A DNA stretch of 64,000 bases from the human T2T-CHM13v2.0 reference genome, Homo sapiens: assembly GCF_009914755.1 (NCBI RefSeq), contig NC_060929.1; one strand, written 5' to 3'. A model generated the notes under the pieces. That model had not been told where the DNA came from. It ran no database searches and saw only the letters and a list, made by a program, of their open reading frames with translations. A program made the translations under genes and the position numbers. Shown one piece after another: positions 1-15,505 of the stretch. Numbering within the stretch: position 1 is the first letter of the stretch; every line of letters begins with the position of its first letter.

Positions 1-406
1 TTTCTCTTTTCATTCTGTTAATATGGTGGTAACTGTTTTTTTTTCAATATTAAACAATTTGCTTTACTATAAATAGCGCTTACTTTATTATAAATAGGGT
101 TTATAGTAAAGCAAATTGTTTAATATTCAAAAAACAATATACTATAAATCCTATTTTGTCATTATATTATTTTTATGTACTGTTGGATTTGAAATGTCAA
201 AATTTTGTTAACAATTTCTGGACCTATGTTGATAAGGAATATTTGACTGCAGTTTTGTTTTCTTATAATGCCTTTGCCTGGGCTTGGGATCAGTGTAATT
301 CTTGTCTCATACAATGAACAAGAAAGCATTCTCTTTTTTTAAAATTTACTAGAAGAGTTTTTATAGAATTAGCATTATTTCTTACTTGGAAGTTTGATAG
401 AAATCC

Positions 407-991
407 TATGATGGTTGATATTAGGTGTCAACTTGACTAGGTTGAGGGATACCTAGATGACTGGTAAAGTATTGCTTCTAGGTGTATCTGTGAGGGTGTT
501 GCCAGAGGAGATTGACATTTGAGTCAGTGGACTGGGAGAGGAAGATCCACCCTCAGTGTTAGTAGGCATCATCCGATTGGCCTCCAGAGTTGCTAGGGCA
601 AAGCAGGTGAAAGAAGGGAGATAGGTAGTTTTCCAAGTCCTTTTGCTCTCTCCGTTTCTTTCTGTGCTGGATGCTTGCTCCATCTCCTCCTGCCCTTGAA
701 TATCAGACCCCAGGTTCTTTGGCCTTTGGACTCTGGGACTTGCATCACTGGCCTCCTGGGGGCTCTCAGGCCTTTATCCTCAGACTGAGGGTTGCACTAT
801 CAGCTTCCCTGGTTTTTGAGGCTTTTGTACTTGGCCTGAACCATGCTACCAGCTTCTCTCTTTCCTTAGTTTGCAAATGGTCTGTTGTGGGACTTCATCT
901 TGTAATCATGTGAATCAATTCTCCCTAATAAACTTCCTTTTATATATACATATATGCTATTGGTTCTCTCTGGAGAACCCAGAGTAATACA
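407..991 (+). mobile_element. MLT2-family (ERVL) solo LTR, MLT2B-like
   Basis: Starts 'tatgatggttgatattaggtgtcaacttgact', contains AATAAA, and ends 'ctggagaacccagagtaataca'. Perfect 5-bp TSD AATCC at 402-406 and 992-996. Confidence 0.92.
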
Positions 992-1269
992 AATCCCCAG
1001 TAAAACCATCTGTGTTTGGAGTTCACTTTGTGGAAAGGATTTAAATATGAAATCAATTTATTTAATAAATATAGAATAAGTCTAATTGCTCAATTCTTCT
1101 TAAGTATGTTTTGGAGTTTGTATCTTTCAAGAAACCATCTATTTTATTTAAGTTTTTCTTTTATGGGCATAGAATTGTTTGTGTAATATTCATTTACCTA
1201 TTTAACATCAGTGGGATTTCTAGTGATATATCTTCATTCCTGATGTTGTCTGATATTAGTCATCCATTG

Positions 1270-1352
1270 TTCTCTCTCTGACTCTCTGTCCATCTCTCTG
1301 TCCATCTCTCCCTCCTGCCCTCCCTCCCTCTCCCCCTCCCCCTCCCTCTTCT
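1270..1352. repeat. CT-rich low-complexity tract
   Basis: Polypyrimidine run 'ctctctctgactctctgtccatctctctgtccatctctccctcctgccctccctccctctcccc'. Confidence 0.8.
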
Positions 1353-1650
1353 TTGTTAGATTGCTGGAGGTTTGTCAATTTTTGATATTCTTAAAAGACA
1401 GATACTGGTTTGGTTGATTTTATCTCTTTTTCTGTTTTGAGTGAAATTGATTTCAGCTCTTATTACTTCTCTAAATTTTCATTTATTTTGTTCTTTTTCT
1501 AGTTTTGTGAGATGGGAGCTTAAATTATTGATGTGATGTTTTTTTTTCTCTTTTCCGACATAGGTATTGAGTATAATGCATTTCTCTCTACGTATTGTTC
1601 TAGCTGTGTTCCACAGACTTTGAAATTTTTCATTTTTATTGTAACATATA

Positions 1651-3873
<2,223 letters not shown>

Positions 3874-3957
3874 TTATCTCCTTTGAGACATCCTCTTTGA
3901 CCCATTAGTCATTTTGAAGTATATTGTTTAGTTTGGATATCTTTTGATTTATATTTG

Positions 3958-4315
3958 TGATATGGTTTGTCTGTGTCCCCACCCAAATCTTATCGTGAAT
4001 TGTAGCTCCCATAATTCCCACATGCTGTAGGAAGGACCCAGTGGGAGATAATTGAATTATGGAGGCAGATTCTCCCATATTGTTCTTGTGGTAGTGAATT
4101 AGTATTATAAGATCTGATGGTTTTCTAAGGGAAACCCCTTTCATTCTCTTGTCTTTCTCTTGTCTGCCTCCACGTAAGACATGTCTTTCACCTTCCACCA
4201 TGATTGTGAGGCCTCCCCAGCTATGTGGAACTATGAGTCCATTAAACCTCTTTTTCTCATAAATTACTCAGTCTCGGGTATGTCCTTATCAGCAGCATGA
4301 AAACGGACTAATACA
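3958..4315 (+). mobile_element. THE1 (MaLR) solo LTR, THE1B/C-like
   Basis: Runs 'tgatatggtttgtctgtgtccccacccaaatc' to 'aaaacggactaataca'. Perfect 5-bp TSD ATTTG at 3953-3957 and 4316-4320. Confidence 0.95.
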
Positions 4316-5560
4316 ATTTGTATGATCAAATTTTTTCCACCTGGTCACCTTTAGCAAATCTATATTATTAAACTTGAAGTCAGTTTCTTGTAGAAAGAAA
4401 TGAGTCATGGTTTTTTTTTATTACACGAGTTGCTTTCAACAAATATTTTATACCTTCTGCATCTAATATAATTATTGATCTATTTCAATGAAACCTGCCA
4501 TTTTATTATGATTTTTATTATTTTAGTTTTTTTTGGTCTTTCATTAGGTTTGGAAAATTTCAGTCATTATTTCTTTAAATACGTTTTCACTGTAATTTTT
4601 TTTTCTCTCTAGTATTTCAATCACCATAATTTACACATTTTGTCATTGTCTCACAGGTCCTTGAAGTTTAGTTCTTTTATTCCCTTCTTTTTTAAAAACA
4701 ATTCATTTTCTTTCTGTGGTTCAGATTGAATAATTTTTATTACTGTACGTTCAATTTCACTAATTTTTTCTCTCTTATTTCCATTCTGCTGTTGACTCAT
4801 CCAGTAATTTTTGGAGGGTCATTTTTATTTTTTTTTAGTTCTAAAATTTCCATTTGTTTCCTTATGTGCTGTCTTTCTTTGTGAGAATTTTATTGTTATT
4901 TGTTTCAAGAGTATTTTTAATTTCTCAGAGCATTTTTATGATAGCTAATTGAAAATCCTTGTTCAATAGCCTAAGATCTGAGTCATCTAGATGTCAGCAC
5001 TTGTTGATTTTCTTTTTCTACTGAGTTAAAATGTGTTTAGTTCTTGATATGATTAATTTTAGACAACATGCTGAACATTTTGAGAATTATAAGATTATGG
5101 TTCCTATTTCAATCTATTTTAGCAGATTGTCAGCTTGTTCAATTTCAGAATGTATGTCCTAGCTCAATTTTGTGGCTATGGGTCATATGTGGGTAAAATG
5201 TCAATTTAGTTTATAAAGCATCAACAGTGCTATTACTGTCTGCCCCACTTGTGTTACCCAGATGACAAGATTCTTCCCTACAGTCTCTGCAGTGCTATCT
5301 TGAGATGTGGAGGGATGCCACCTCATTATTCAGAGAAGGAAAGGATGACAGAGTTTTGCTCACAGGCTTTACTGAGGGAGATTTACTGTGGGTAGGAGTA
5401 GGAGGTTGACATCACAGCTCCACCCACAAACTCCAGGAGAGTAGGACACTGCCTTGTCACTGTAGGGAGAGTTAAGGCTGAATTTTGCACACTATCTCTG
5501 CTGTTAGAACATTCATTGAAGGTAGAGTGTATAGCTATAATTTTTCTGCTCCCATTGGTA

Positions 5561-6073
5561 TTTTTTTTTTATTTTATTTTAGGTTCAGGGTACATGATCA
5601 GGTTTGCTAAACAGGTAAATTGTGCGTTGTGGTTGTGGGGCTTTGATGTACAGATTATTTTGTCACCCAGATAATAGGCATAGTACCCAATAGACAGTTT
5701 TTCAATCCTCACTCTCTTACCAGCCTCCACTCTCAAGTAGGTCCCGGTGTCTCTTGTTCCTTTCTTTGTGATCATAATGTACTGAATGTTTACCTCCCAC
5801 TTATAAGCGAGAACATGTGGTATTTGGTTTTGTGTTCCTGTTTAGTTTCCTTAGGATAATGGCCTCCACCTCCATTCCTGTTGCTGCAAAAGACATAATC
5901 TCATTCTTTCATGGTGTATATGTACCACATTTTCTTTATCCAGTCTACCACTGATGGGCATTTAGGTTAATTCCATGTCTTTTTTATTGTGAATAGTGCT
6001 GTGAAAAACATATGTGTGCATGTGTCTTTATGGTAGAACAATTATATTCCTTTGGGTATATATCCAGTAATGG
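5561..6073 (-). mobile_element. Older L1PA (about L1PA13-16) 3' end fragment
   Basis: Poly-T followed by antisense L1 3'UTR and ORF2 end ('acagattattttgtcacccag', 'ctcccacttataagcgagaacatgtggtatttgg'). Confidence 0.88.
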
Positions 6074-6084
6074 TATATAGCCTT

Positions 6085-6775
6085 ATCTCTGTCCTATCTC
6101 TTTCTCCATTTCCTCTTTAAGGCCAATAACTTTTAGATTTGCTTTTCTGAGGCTATTTTCTAGTTCCTATAGGCGTGCTTCATTGGCAGGTCACGTCCCC
6201 TCCCCAGTCCACTGTCACTGGGCCTAGTTCAGCACTAGGACCTTGCCTAAGAGTTGCAGTCCTTATGGCCTAGATTGCCTTTCCAGTTTACTTGGAGACA
6301 CAGAGCACTGTAGCCCTCTGTGGGGAGGTCTGCAGGAACTCAAACTCTGATCCTCTGGGATTTGCAATTCCCCTCTGGCTAGGGCTGGTTTAAATGCTCC
6401 CTCTATGGGCAACATCAGCTGAGCTTGGTCCCATTTTTCTTTCTGCTCTAACAGGGCAGCACTGAGTTCAATTCCTCCCAATTGCTCTGTTCTCCCTCCC
6501 CCAGTACTCAGAGATGCTCTCCACACCCTGAAGCTGCTGCTGGGCTGGGGGTGAGCTGGCGGGGGAGGAGTGTTGTCAGCAATTCAGGACTTTTTTTTTC
6601 TATGTCTTCAGTGCCTCTTTCAGGGATATAAAGTTAAAACCAAGTACTATGAGTGCTCACCTGACTTTTGTTCTTATGAAGGTGTTTTTGTTTGTTTTTC
6701 GGTATAGATTGTTGTTAACTTGGTGTCCTTGCAGGGGGGACTATCAGTGGAGCTTTGAATTCTGCCTCCAGATCC
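6085..6775 (-). mobile_element. L1PB/L1MA-type 5'UTR and ORF1-start fragment
   Basis: GC-richer block resembling antisense old L1 5' ends ('gctagggctggtttaaatgctccctc', 'aagttaaaaccaagtactatgagtgctcacctg'). Confidence 0.65.
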
Positions 6776-6779
6776 AGCT

Positions 6780-9290
6780 TTACATCTGGTGTCATTTCCC
6801 TTCTGCTTGTAAAACTTCTTTAAAATTTTTTGTAGTGCATGTCTATGACAAATTCTTTCAGGTATTGAATACTGAATTCCTTGAGTTCTCATATATCTGA
6901 AAAACTACTTTGCCTTTATTTGTTACAGACATTTCCATAGATAAAAGTGTTCTAGAATTACAGGGTTTTTTTTTTTTCTTTCTTTCAGTACTTTAATGAT
7001 GTGGCTCTATGTTTCTCTTTGCCACTAGTTAAGCAATTTTCTAATGTTCTGATGTATTTTTTTATATAAGTTTATTTTGCTTGTGGTTCATTGAGCTTTT
7101 TGAATCTCTGGCTTTACACATTTCATCAAATGTAGAAAATTTTTGGCTATTTTTATATCAGTTCTTAATTTTTTTAGTTTTAAAAATTTTAATTATTATA
7201 GATACATATTAGTTCTACATACTAGTTCTACATACTTATGGGGTACGTGTAATATTTTGATACAAGCATACAATGTGTAACAATCAAATCAGGGTTTGGT
7301 GTATCTATCACCTCAAGCATTTATTATTTGTGTTATAAATATTCCAATTCCACTCCTGTAGTTATTTTGATACATACAATAAATTATGGTTAACTATAGC
7401 CACGTTATTGTGCTACCAAACACTAGACCTTATTCCTTCTATCTAAATGTACTTTTGTACCCATTAACCATCCCCTCTTTATTCCTTGCCTTCCCATCAC
7501 CCTTCCCAGCTTCTGATAACAACCATTCTACTGTCTATCTCCATGAGTTCAATTATTTTTATCTCCCACCTATTTGTGAGAACATGTAATATTTATCTTT
7601 TGGTGCCTGGCTTATTTCACTTAGCATAATATCCTCCAGTCACATCCATGGGAGCACATATTTACAAACTATCCATTTGACAAGGAATTAACAACCAGAA
7701 TATATATGGAGCTAAAACAACTAATAGGAAGAAAAACAAATAATCTGATTTAAAAGTGGGTGAAAGATCTGAATAGACATTTCTCAAAAGAAGACAGACA
7801 AATGGCCAATATGGTATATGAAAAATGATCAACATCATTACTAGTGAGGGAAATGCAAATTAAAACGACAGTGAGATATTATTTCACCCCAGTAAAAATG
7901 CCATCTATCCAAAAGGCAAGCAATAACAAATGCTGGTGAGGGTGTGGCAAAAGGGGAGCCTTTGGATGTTTTTGGTGGAAATGTTAGTTAGTACAGCCAC
8001 TATGGAGAACAGTATGGAGGTGCCTCAAAAAACTAAAAATAGAACTACCATATGATCCAGCAGTCTCACTGCTGGCTATATATGCAGAAGAAAAGAAATC
8101 AGTACATTGGAGAGATATCTGCACTCTGGTGTTTATTATAGCACTATGCACAATAGCCAAAATGTGGAATCAACCTAAGTGTTCACTAATGGATGAATGA
8201 ATAAAGAAAATGTGGTACATGTACACAATGAAATATTATTCAGCCATTAAAAAGAATGAAATCATGTCAGTTGCATGGAACTTAATTTTTTTCTATTCTC
8301 TCCTCCCTTGGAAATTTTTATTGCATTAATTATTAGGCCATTATATATTTTCTTAAGGTTCATGTAAACTTTGCTAACATTTTAGTTCTCTTTTTTCCTC
8401 TCCAGATTTCATTTTGAATAGTTTCCATTGTTATGTCTTTAGGTCTGCCAATATTTTCTGCTGCAGTGTCTAATTTGCTTTTAATCTCAACCTAGACACT
8501 AGTTTTCATCTCTAGAATTTCAATTTGAGTCTTTTCTTATATCTTAAATGTGTCTACAAAATTTATTCAATTATTTTCAATGACTTACCTACAAATTTTA
8601 TTATCTATATCATTTCTGTAACAGTTTTAATTGATTTTTTTTGACATTTCAGGTGGTGGTTTTTTTTTCTGCTACTTTGCATTCCAGCTAATTTTTTCAT
8701 TTGCTACAGAGGTTGTTAATTTTAGTAAGTTGGGTCCTGGATATTTTCTGTTTGTATAAATATTCCTGAGCTTCAATCTGGAATATAGTTATCTGGAAAC
8801 AGTTTCATCCTTTCAGGTCTTGCTTTTAAAATATTTTAAGCAAAATGAGAGCAATATTTATCCTCAGGCTATTTTTGCTCTATTTTAGGGGGCAAAACCC
8901 TTCTCAGTATTTTACTTTATGTTCTTTGTGTTGTGAGGGTTTCTGCTCTTGCTGGTGGACATAACACTATTCTTAGGCTTAAGCGATTTTTTTTCTTCAA
9001 TTCTTTTGGGTGTTCTTCCTCAGCCTTAGGTAGTTTCTTCACATGCATATGTTGATCAGAACTCTGCAGAATACCTGCGAGGGACCCTCTGAGACCTACG
9101 ATCTCTACAATTCTCTCTCTATGAAACTTTTTCTTCACTGTTACATTGCCCTGTAAATTTGATCTGCCTTGGCCTTCGCGAATCTCCACCCGATTAATTC
9201 AGGGAGACCTCTGAGTTCTCTGTGGGTTGCCCTTCTCTGTTGTATGACTGGAATTTTCTTCAGGTAGTAAATTGATGCAATATTAGTTTG
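6780..9290 (-). mobile_element. Ancient L1M/L1ME ORF1-region remnant, interrupted by L1MA
   Basis: Degenerate antisense L1 sequence that is continuous across the 7164-8292 insertion. Confidence 0.6.
7164..8292 (-). mobile_element. 5'-inverted (twin-primed) L1MA2-4-like insertion
   Basis: 7176-7650 is antisense 3'UTR and 7648-8275 is sense ORF2 C-terminal segment. The two pieces are adjacent in the consensus. 12-bp TSD CTTAATTTTTTT at 7164-7175 and 8281-8292. Confidence 0.88.
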
Positions 9291-9533
9291 GTTTTTTTTT
9301 AATACAAGATTATTTTTTAGGTCGAAGGGTAAATTCAGCTTACGTCATCTTCCAAAGGTTTGTGAAACTTGATTCATATCAAAATAAGTCAAAAATGAGG
9401 AATGCCTGTCTCTCCCTTAAGAGTCTCAATAGAGAAGAAAATTACATTGACATATGTAGTCTTCACTAAGCAATCTCTAAATAATATTCTCCTAAGGATA
9501 ATTTGTTATGTTTTTACTAAGACTAGACATTAT

Positions 9534-9535
<2 letters not shown>

Positions 9536-9565
<30 letters not shown>
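9536..9565. repeat. (CA)n microsatellite, about 15 units
   Basis: Direct reading of the sequence. Confidence 0.98.
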
Positions 9566-9567
<2 letters not shown>

Positions 9568-9654
9568 AATTGAAACACTGAGGCAAAACTTTATGGACAT
9601 CTATTATGAAAAAATAGTTCTATTTATTCTTTTGGAGTAAGAGGCTCCTATGAA

Positions 9655-9900
9655 GTGGTGGAGAGGGTAGTCTTTGAATGGAACAGAAGTCAAATAAATT
9701 CTGCATGTATCACTCTCTAATCAGGTGATTCAGAGCATGTTACTTGAGCTATGTTTTTATTTTCTCATCTATAATATTTAGATACTAATTCATAGTTCAT
9801 AGAAATTTCCTAAGAGTTAATTAATAGAAGTCTAAAAAGTTTCTAACCCTGTGTGAGGCAAAGAGTATCTATTCAGTAAAATATAATAGCTGTTGTGATT
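9655..9900 (+). mobile_element. MIR SINE (degenerate)
   Basis: MIR core-like 'atgttacttgagct...ttttctcatctataat' and 3' 'tattcagtaaaatataatagctgtt'. Confidence 0.6.
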
Positions 9901-11599
9901 ATTATCTCTTTATCCTTAATGAATGGAAGTCAATATAGGTTATCATCTTTTCTTCCCAAAGCTGAGATTCTTCACTATGCATCCTCAGATTCAATTAATT
10001 CCATTCTATTCTTATATTTAACTTTATCATGCATGTGAACATTTCTTAAATGTTGTCAAATAAGATGTTCCCTTAGCTTTCTTTAAGGCAGAAATTATGC
10101 TGAGAAATTCTATATTTCTGGCATTTGCCTTCTCTTTGCTTCAGCAACAAAAGTGTCTGTTTACTTTCTAGGAGATACCATTTTTTTCAGATTAAATATT
10201 TTCCAAATAATTTTGGAGACGTAATTATCCAAGATTGAGAGAACCATGGTAAATTTATAAGATTATTTACATTACTTAAGGCTTTCTTTATGTCCTGTGG
10301 AGTTATCTTTAATGGTGAACAAAACTTGACTGTAGCCTATGGTGAGATTGTAGATATCTGAAAGTTTTTTCCTTCTTTGCATACCTATTGTCTATCAAGG
10401 TCAGATCAACTCAGGAGCAAGTCTTGTGAAAGTTGGTATTTCTAATTACAAATTCAGGAGAGTAAAGGGCAGGTGTGGGAAATACCTCAGGTACTATGGA
10501 GAACAGCAGTCATTCTGACTTTTTGTATTTAATATTTTCCTCACCTCAATAGGCCGTACAGAAAACATATGGATATGATTTTAAAAAACAAGGAAAAGAG
10601 TTGGGCTTTTTAGAGGTCATAGGTTATATTCATGATATTAATAAATAGTGATGAAATAAAAGTTCTCAGAGAAATACAGACATTCAAAAAGGTAATAAAA
10701 AATGAATTCCAATTTAAGCATATCACACATTTCAAAACCTGCTAACTCTTAATGTGAATTATTGAAAATAGCACATTAGAGAAAGATTGTACATTAAATC
10801 TAGTTATGATCCTTGAATTTTATTCTTCTTCTGTGAAAACTATAGAAACTTTTTAAAATTCCAATTAAAATAGTTCACCTCATTTTATAAAGCCCTTCAC
10901 AGATTCTTTTTTCGTTCCAATCATCATTTCACTTCCAATTTCCCTTTTGTTATCAAGGGCATTTTAATCGACAGTTCATCTGGCATAATTTATTGTCATC
11001 ATTATATATGAGTTTCTCTTCAGACATAACCGAACATAATGATACCCATGTGATTAATAATCTCACTATAGCTATCAAGTATAGTTTCTTTCAGCTCTTT
11101 AGTTGTCTGGAACATAATATTCTTCCTAGTATTTTAGGTCTTGTCTTATGCTTTGTTACTTTTTGTTTCTAATAACAATGCAGGCTAATCTTGTTTTGGT
11201 TTTTTTATTTTTCATTTTAATTTCTATTAATATTTGTTTAAAGTTTTTGTTAAAAATGTTTCTGTTCAATTTTGTTTTCATATATGTTTGCATTTCCTTC
11301 TAATTTTTGCTTATAAAAAGTCTTGGGCACTAGACCTGTACTTTAGCTTTAATTTTGAAGACATTTTATATAGCTCTTCTAAATATTTAATTTTTAAACA
11401 TTAAATAATATTTTTAGTTTAAAATCTAATTTTGAAAATATGGCTTTCCATATGAAGTCTTAGAAAAATTTTGAATGTAAATGTTTTCTAAATACCTAAT
11501 TTTTTTTCTAATTTTGCACATACATAAAAGTATAAAAGGACATGGTTAACAGCTAGTTCTATGACTTTTATCTAAATCCAAGGGATGCTAAAAATTTGA

Positions 11600-11647
11600 A
11601 TCTTAGTTGAATACTCTTACATTATCTTAGTTGAATTCTCTTACATT
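11600..11647. repeat. 24-bp tandem duplication
   Basis: atcttagttgaatactcttacatt followed by atcttagttgaattctcttacatt (1 mismatch). Confidence 0.9.
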
Positions 11648-12289
11648 TAATGTTTTCTCATGAAAACATTTATGCGAGAACTAAGATAAATGAGAATTTG
11701 AATAAGGACTATCAACTGGACCAAACACCTATCCCTTGATGAGATTATTTATAAAGTAATGAATAACTGATATTGATGGGATATAGCAGTACCAGAGATA
11801 GGAGCTAGTCACAGATCTCTAGGAGGGCTGCATGACCAGCTGATCATCATGTACATCTAAGAGGGCTATGTGTTATTCTAGGTTTAAAAGTCAAGGGATC
11901 CTAGAGTTGAAGACTTACTTGAGCTGAGAGCTGTGCCCTCACTCAGCTTTATCTCTTGTGATCACATATCTCCCAAGTGACTGAGTAATCAGAAACATTG
12001 CACTGGTATATACAAGCATGGTAACTTGCTGTCTGTCCTGTATCCTTTCTGAAAACTAAGTAATGTGTGTGATAAATCCTATTGTCTCTCATGAGCTCAA
12101 TATGCAATAGAAATTTAAACCGTTAATGTAAAACACAAGCATTTCAAAATGTTATCTTGGGATATGTTTAATATTTATAAAAATGTTTATATCTCTGCAG
12201 AAATATTGATAATATTCTTAATTTTGACTTATTTGTCATAGTTATAAAAAGAATGAAGCTTTTATTATCAATCATTTTTTCACATCATT

Positions 12290-12520
12290 ACATTTATTTA
12301 ACACATCATTTCAGCAAATATTTGTTGATCACTTAATATAAGTCAGTCAATATCTAGGCAATGAAACCTTAGCAATAAAAAAATTCAAAGTCTGTTCTCT
12401 AGGAAGTCATATTCTGGTAGAAACAGATAATTAAAAAACAAAAAAATTCTAAGAATAGTAAGTGCTATGAAAAAATAAAACACAATAAGGAAATAAAAAA
12501 TGAGAATGATGGAAGACGTA
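12290..12520 (-). mobile_element. L2 3' end fragment
   Basis: 'cattt...cagcaaatatttgttgatcactta...ctaggcaatgaa...gtaagtgctatgaaaaaataaaac' resembles the antisense L2 3' end. Confidence 0.65.
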
Positions 12521-15229
12521 ATTTCAGTGAATGTCTCCATACATTGCTAGATTTAAAAAAAAAGTGTGCTTATTAATGATGTTAAGGTGAACTTTGATGT
12601 TTGCTTTTCCTAAACATTTGCCCTAAAAGCAATATCCATTGCATTACTTTTATCAAATGAATAAATATTCATCTGAATGGATAAAGTTGAAAAGATTCGT
12701 TTTTCACTGTCAAGTCACTCTCTATCAAAATGCATATTGGGCTGTTGGTCTTGGAGACAATGACTATGGCCAACACGTAAAATGTGTAAAGTGTTTCTCA
12801 GTGTTACAGTTTTGTCATCTTTAATATCAAAATAGCCAGTAAATAAATCAAATGTGTATGACTGAAATGCTAGCAGGTGCTGGGGGAGGTTTGGTTACTT
12901 ATTTCTATATCTTATCTTAGGACTGTAGAGTGTAAGTAAGCAAAGTAAATACTTAAGATTTTCTTTTGTACTTTTATCTGAAGAGGATGTTAAGCAGAAG
13001 TGGTATCACTGGATTCATCATAGTCATTTTAAATTATATGAAATATAGGGATTTAATAAGTATTTATTGAAGGAATAAATGACTTACTGGTTCACTTAAG
13101 TACAGAGAAGGTTCTCCAACTTGAAAATGTTAAAACAAGATAAAATTCAACAACAACAATAAAACAAATACAACAATCTTTCTCTGATAGATGATTACTC
13201 AGTAAACATTCTGCATACTGTTGATAGAGTTAACACCATGATAGATGTGGCTAAAGGAAATAACAATACTTGATCTCCATGAGCTTAAACTATTTGAGAA
13301 GACAAAAACAACTTGGAGGAAACTATAGGGAATTGTATGAGACAGTAATTGAATGATGCTCTGATTTTCTGACACTTTTATGAAGTGTCGATGTTAATTA
13401 AGGTTTGACTTTGCGAGAGATACGGTAGTTGAAGAGTTATTTTAAATGACCAATAAAGAAGTCACAGATTTTCAAACTTCAGTGTAATTTAGAAAATATA
13501 AATTCAGATATTTAACGCAATACAATAAGCTTCTTGCCAGAAAATTTCTTTTGAAATATAAACACACATATCTCAACTCTAAGAGATAGTACATTCACTC
13601 ATAATTTTCAGGTAAATTAGAAGGTTTGGCTGATTTTGAAAATCTTAGCACTTTTCAAGTCATAGCACTAACATCCAGTTGTATGTGATGTTCATTTAGT
13701 GCCAAATATCAGATTGCAAATGGAAAAATAAAGACTGTTAACCAGGTGTTTTAAACCTGGAAATTCTACAGCATCATAAAACTAAAATGAATAAAATTCT
13801 TCAATAGCAAAGATTTTATTTAATCTGATATTATCTTCTTTTTAACCCTTATTATAACATGGGTTGCAATATTATTCTCTTTGTTTCTCAAAGAATTATA
13901 TTGGGAAGAAGATTTTAATTATGAAAAGATTTTCTGGTAGTCAAAGTATTTTCCTTGTCCTATTCTTTACAAAATAATTTCTGGTTTTATTTTTGTGTGA
14001 TAACAGATATTTGAGCATATTTTCTATGCTTACAATAAACTTTTCACACTACCACAGATCCTCAGTTTTCTGAAACTTTGTTTAGAACTTACATTTTAAT
14101 CTCAGAGGTCTGCAAATAGCCAGAAAAATTCAAGAACATGTTATCCAGAACACTTGAATTCCAATTTTCTTTTAAATTCCATTATTTTACAATTTTTTGC
14201 ATGCTTTATACAACTTTGAAGGATCGAAACAACTTCAGCCATATTGGAGTGAAGTTTTATTTTGATGAGTTTTGACTTGCAAAGCATTAGTCACAGGCAA
14301 TTGAATGTTATGGAGTGAAACTAGATTTCTCAATGAAATTATCATTAACTGCGTAACGTTTATAATACATGTCACTTCCGGTCATTGGATTTCTGGATTT
14401 TAAAATTACATAAACCACTAGTATTGTTTGTATCCTTATGTAGAATATAAGAGGTTTATAGGGGTATCATTCTATTCTAATTATTTTTTTACTAAGAATT
14501 TCAGCTTAAATCACTGCACTAAGGAAAGGAATAGCACAGATTGATAATTCCTTCATAATATTCAGCGAGAATGTCACTAAGTGATTGGGACCTTTGTAGA
14601 TCAGAGTTAGTGTGAAAATTAAGGAAAAAAATAAAATGAAAATATTTTCAAAAGAGCAATGTAACTATAAGATATTATGTACATTTCTGTAAGAGGAATC
14701 ATGTTTTAAAATTTTATTTGTAGTAATACTATTTTAGATCTTGCCAACTAATTCCAGCTTATAATTTACATTAAGCATGCAGAAAAGTAGTTAACCCTAA
14801 AGTCAGGTAGAATTTTTAGTATTTCTTTTAGCATAGAAAATGTCATATTATTCATGTTTCTGCCTACTGAGAGTTTGTTTTTGGCTTGAACTTTAATAAG
14901 CAAGTGATTCTGACAGCCAAAGATAGTTTTGTCCTCACCAAAATGAAAGAGATACTACTTTTCAAAAACATGTAGGCTGAAAAGGCTCAAAGAGAAATAA
15001 TGGGTTGTCATAACTTTGTAGTTTGATAAATAGGTCTATTGTTAAGGTAATTACACTTCTTATTTAATAGGGTAAGTTCATTCATTCTTAAAAATATCTT
15101 TACAACCATAATAAAGTCTCAATAATTAATCTTTTTAACAATTATTGAATAGCTAACCCTGAGAAATACTATGAGAATCAAGACTCTTTCTTGTTCCTGA
15201 TTTTGGTTTGGTTTGGACTGATCATTGTG

Positions 15230-15505
15230 CTTTTTATTGAGATATATTTTACATACAGTAAAATGCACAAATCTTAATTGAATAGCTTGATGTCTTTTTC
15301 ATAAACACCCATGTACCCATCGTTCAGATCAAAATAGAGAACTTTTCCATCACCCCAGAAAGATCCCTGATGCTTTCCTGGGTTTAAGTGATAACCTCTT
15401 TTCTGATTTCCATCTTTGTAGAATAGTTTTGCCTGGTCTTAAACTCCATATGAATAGAGTCATCTTTTGTGACTGGCTATTTTCCCTCAAAATAATGTTC
15501 ATGAA
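15230..15505 (-). mobile_element. L1ME-type 3' end fragment
   Basis: 'tttttattgagatatattttacatacagtaaaatgcacaaatctt...ttccatcaccccagaaag'. Confidence 0.75.
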
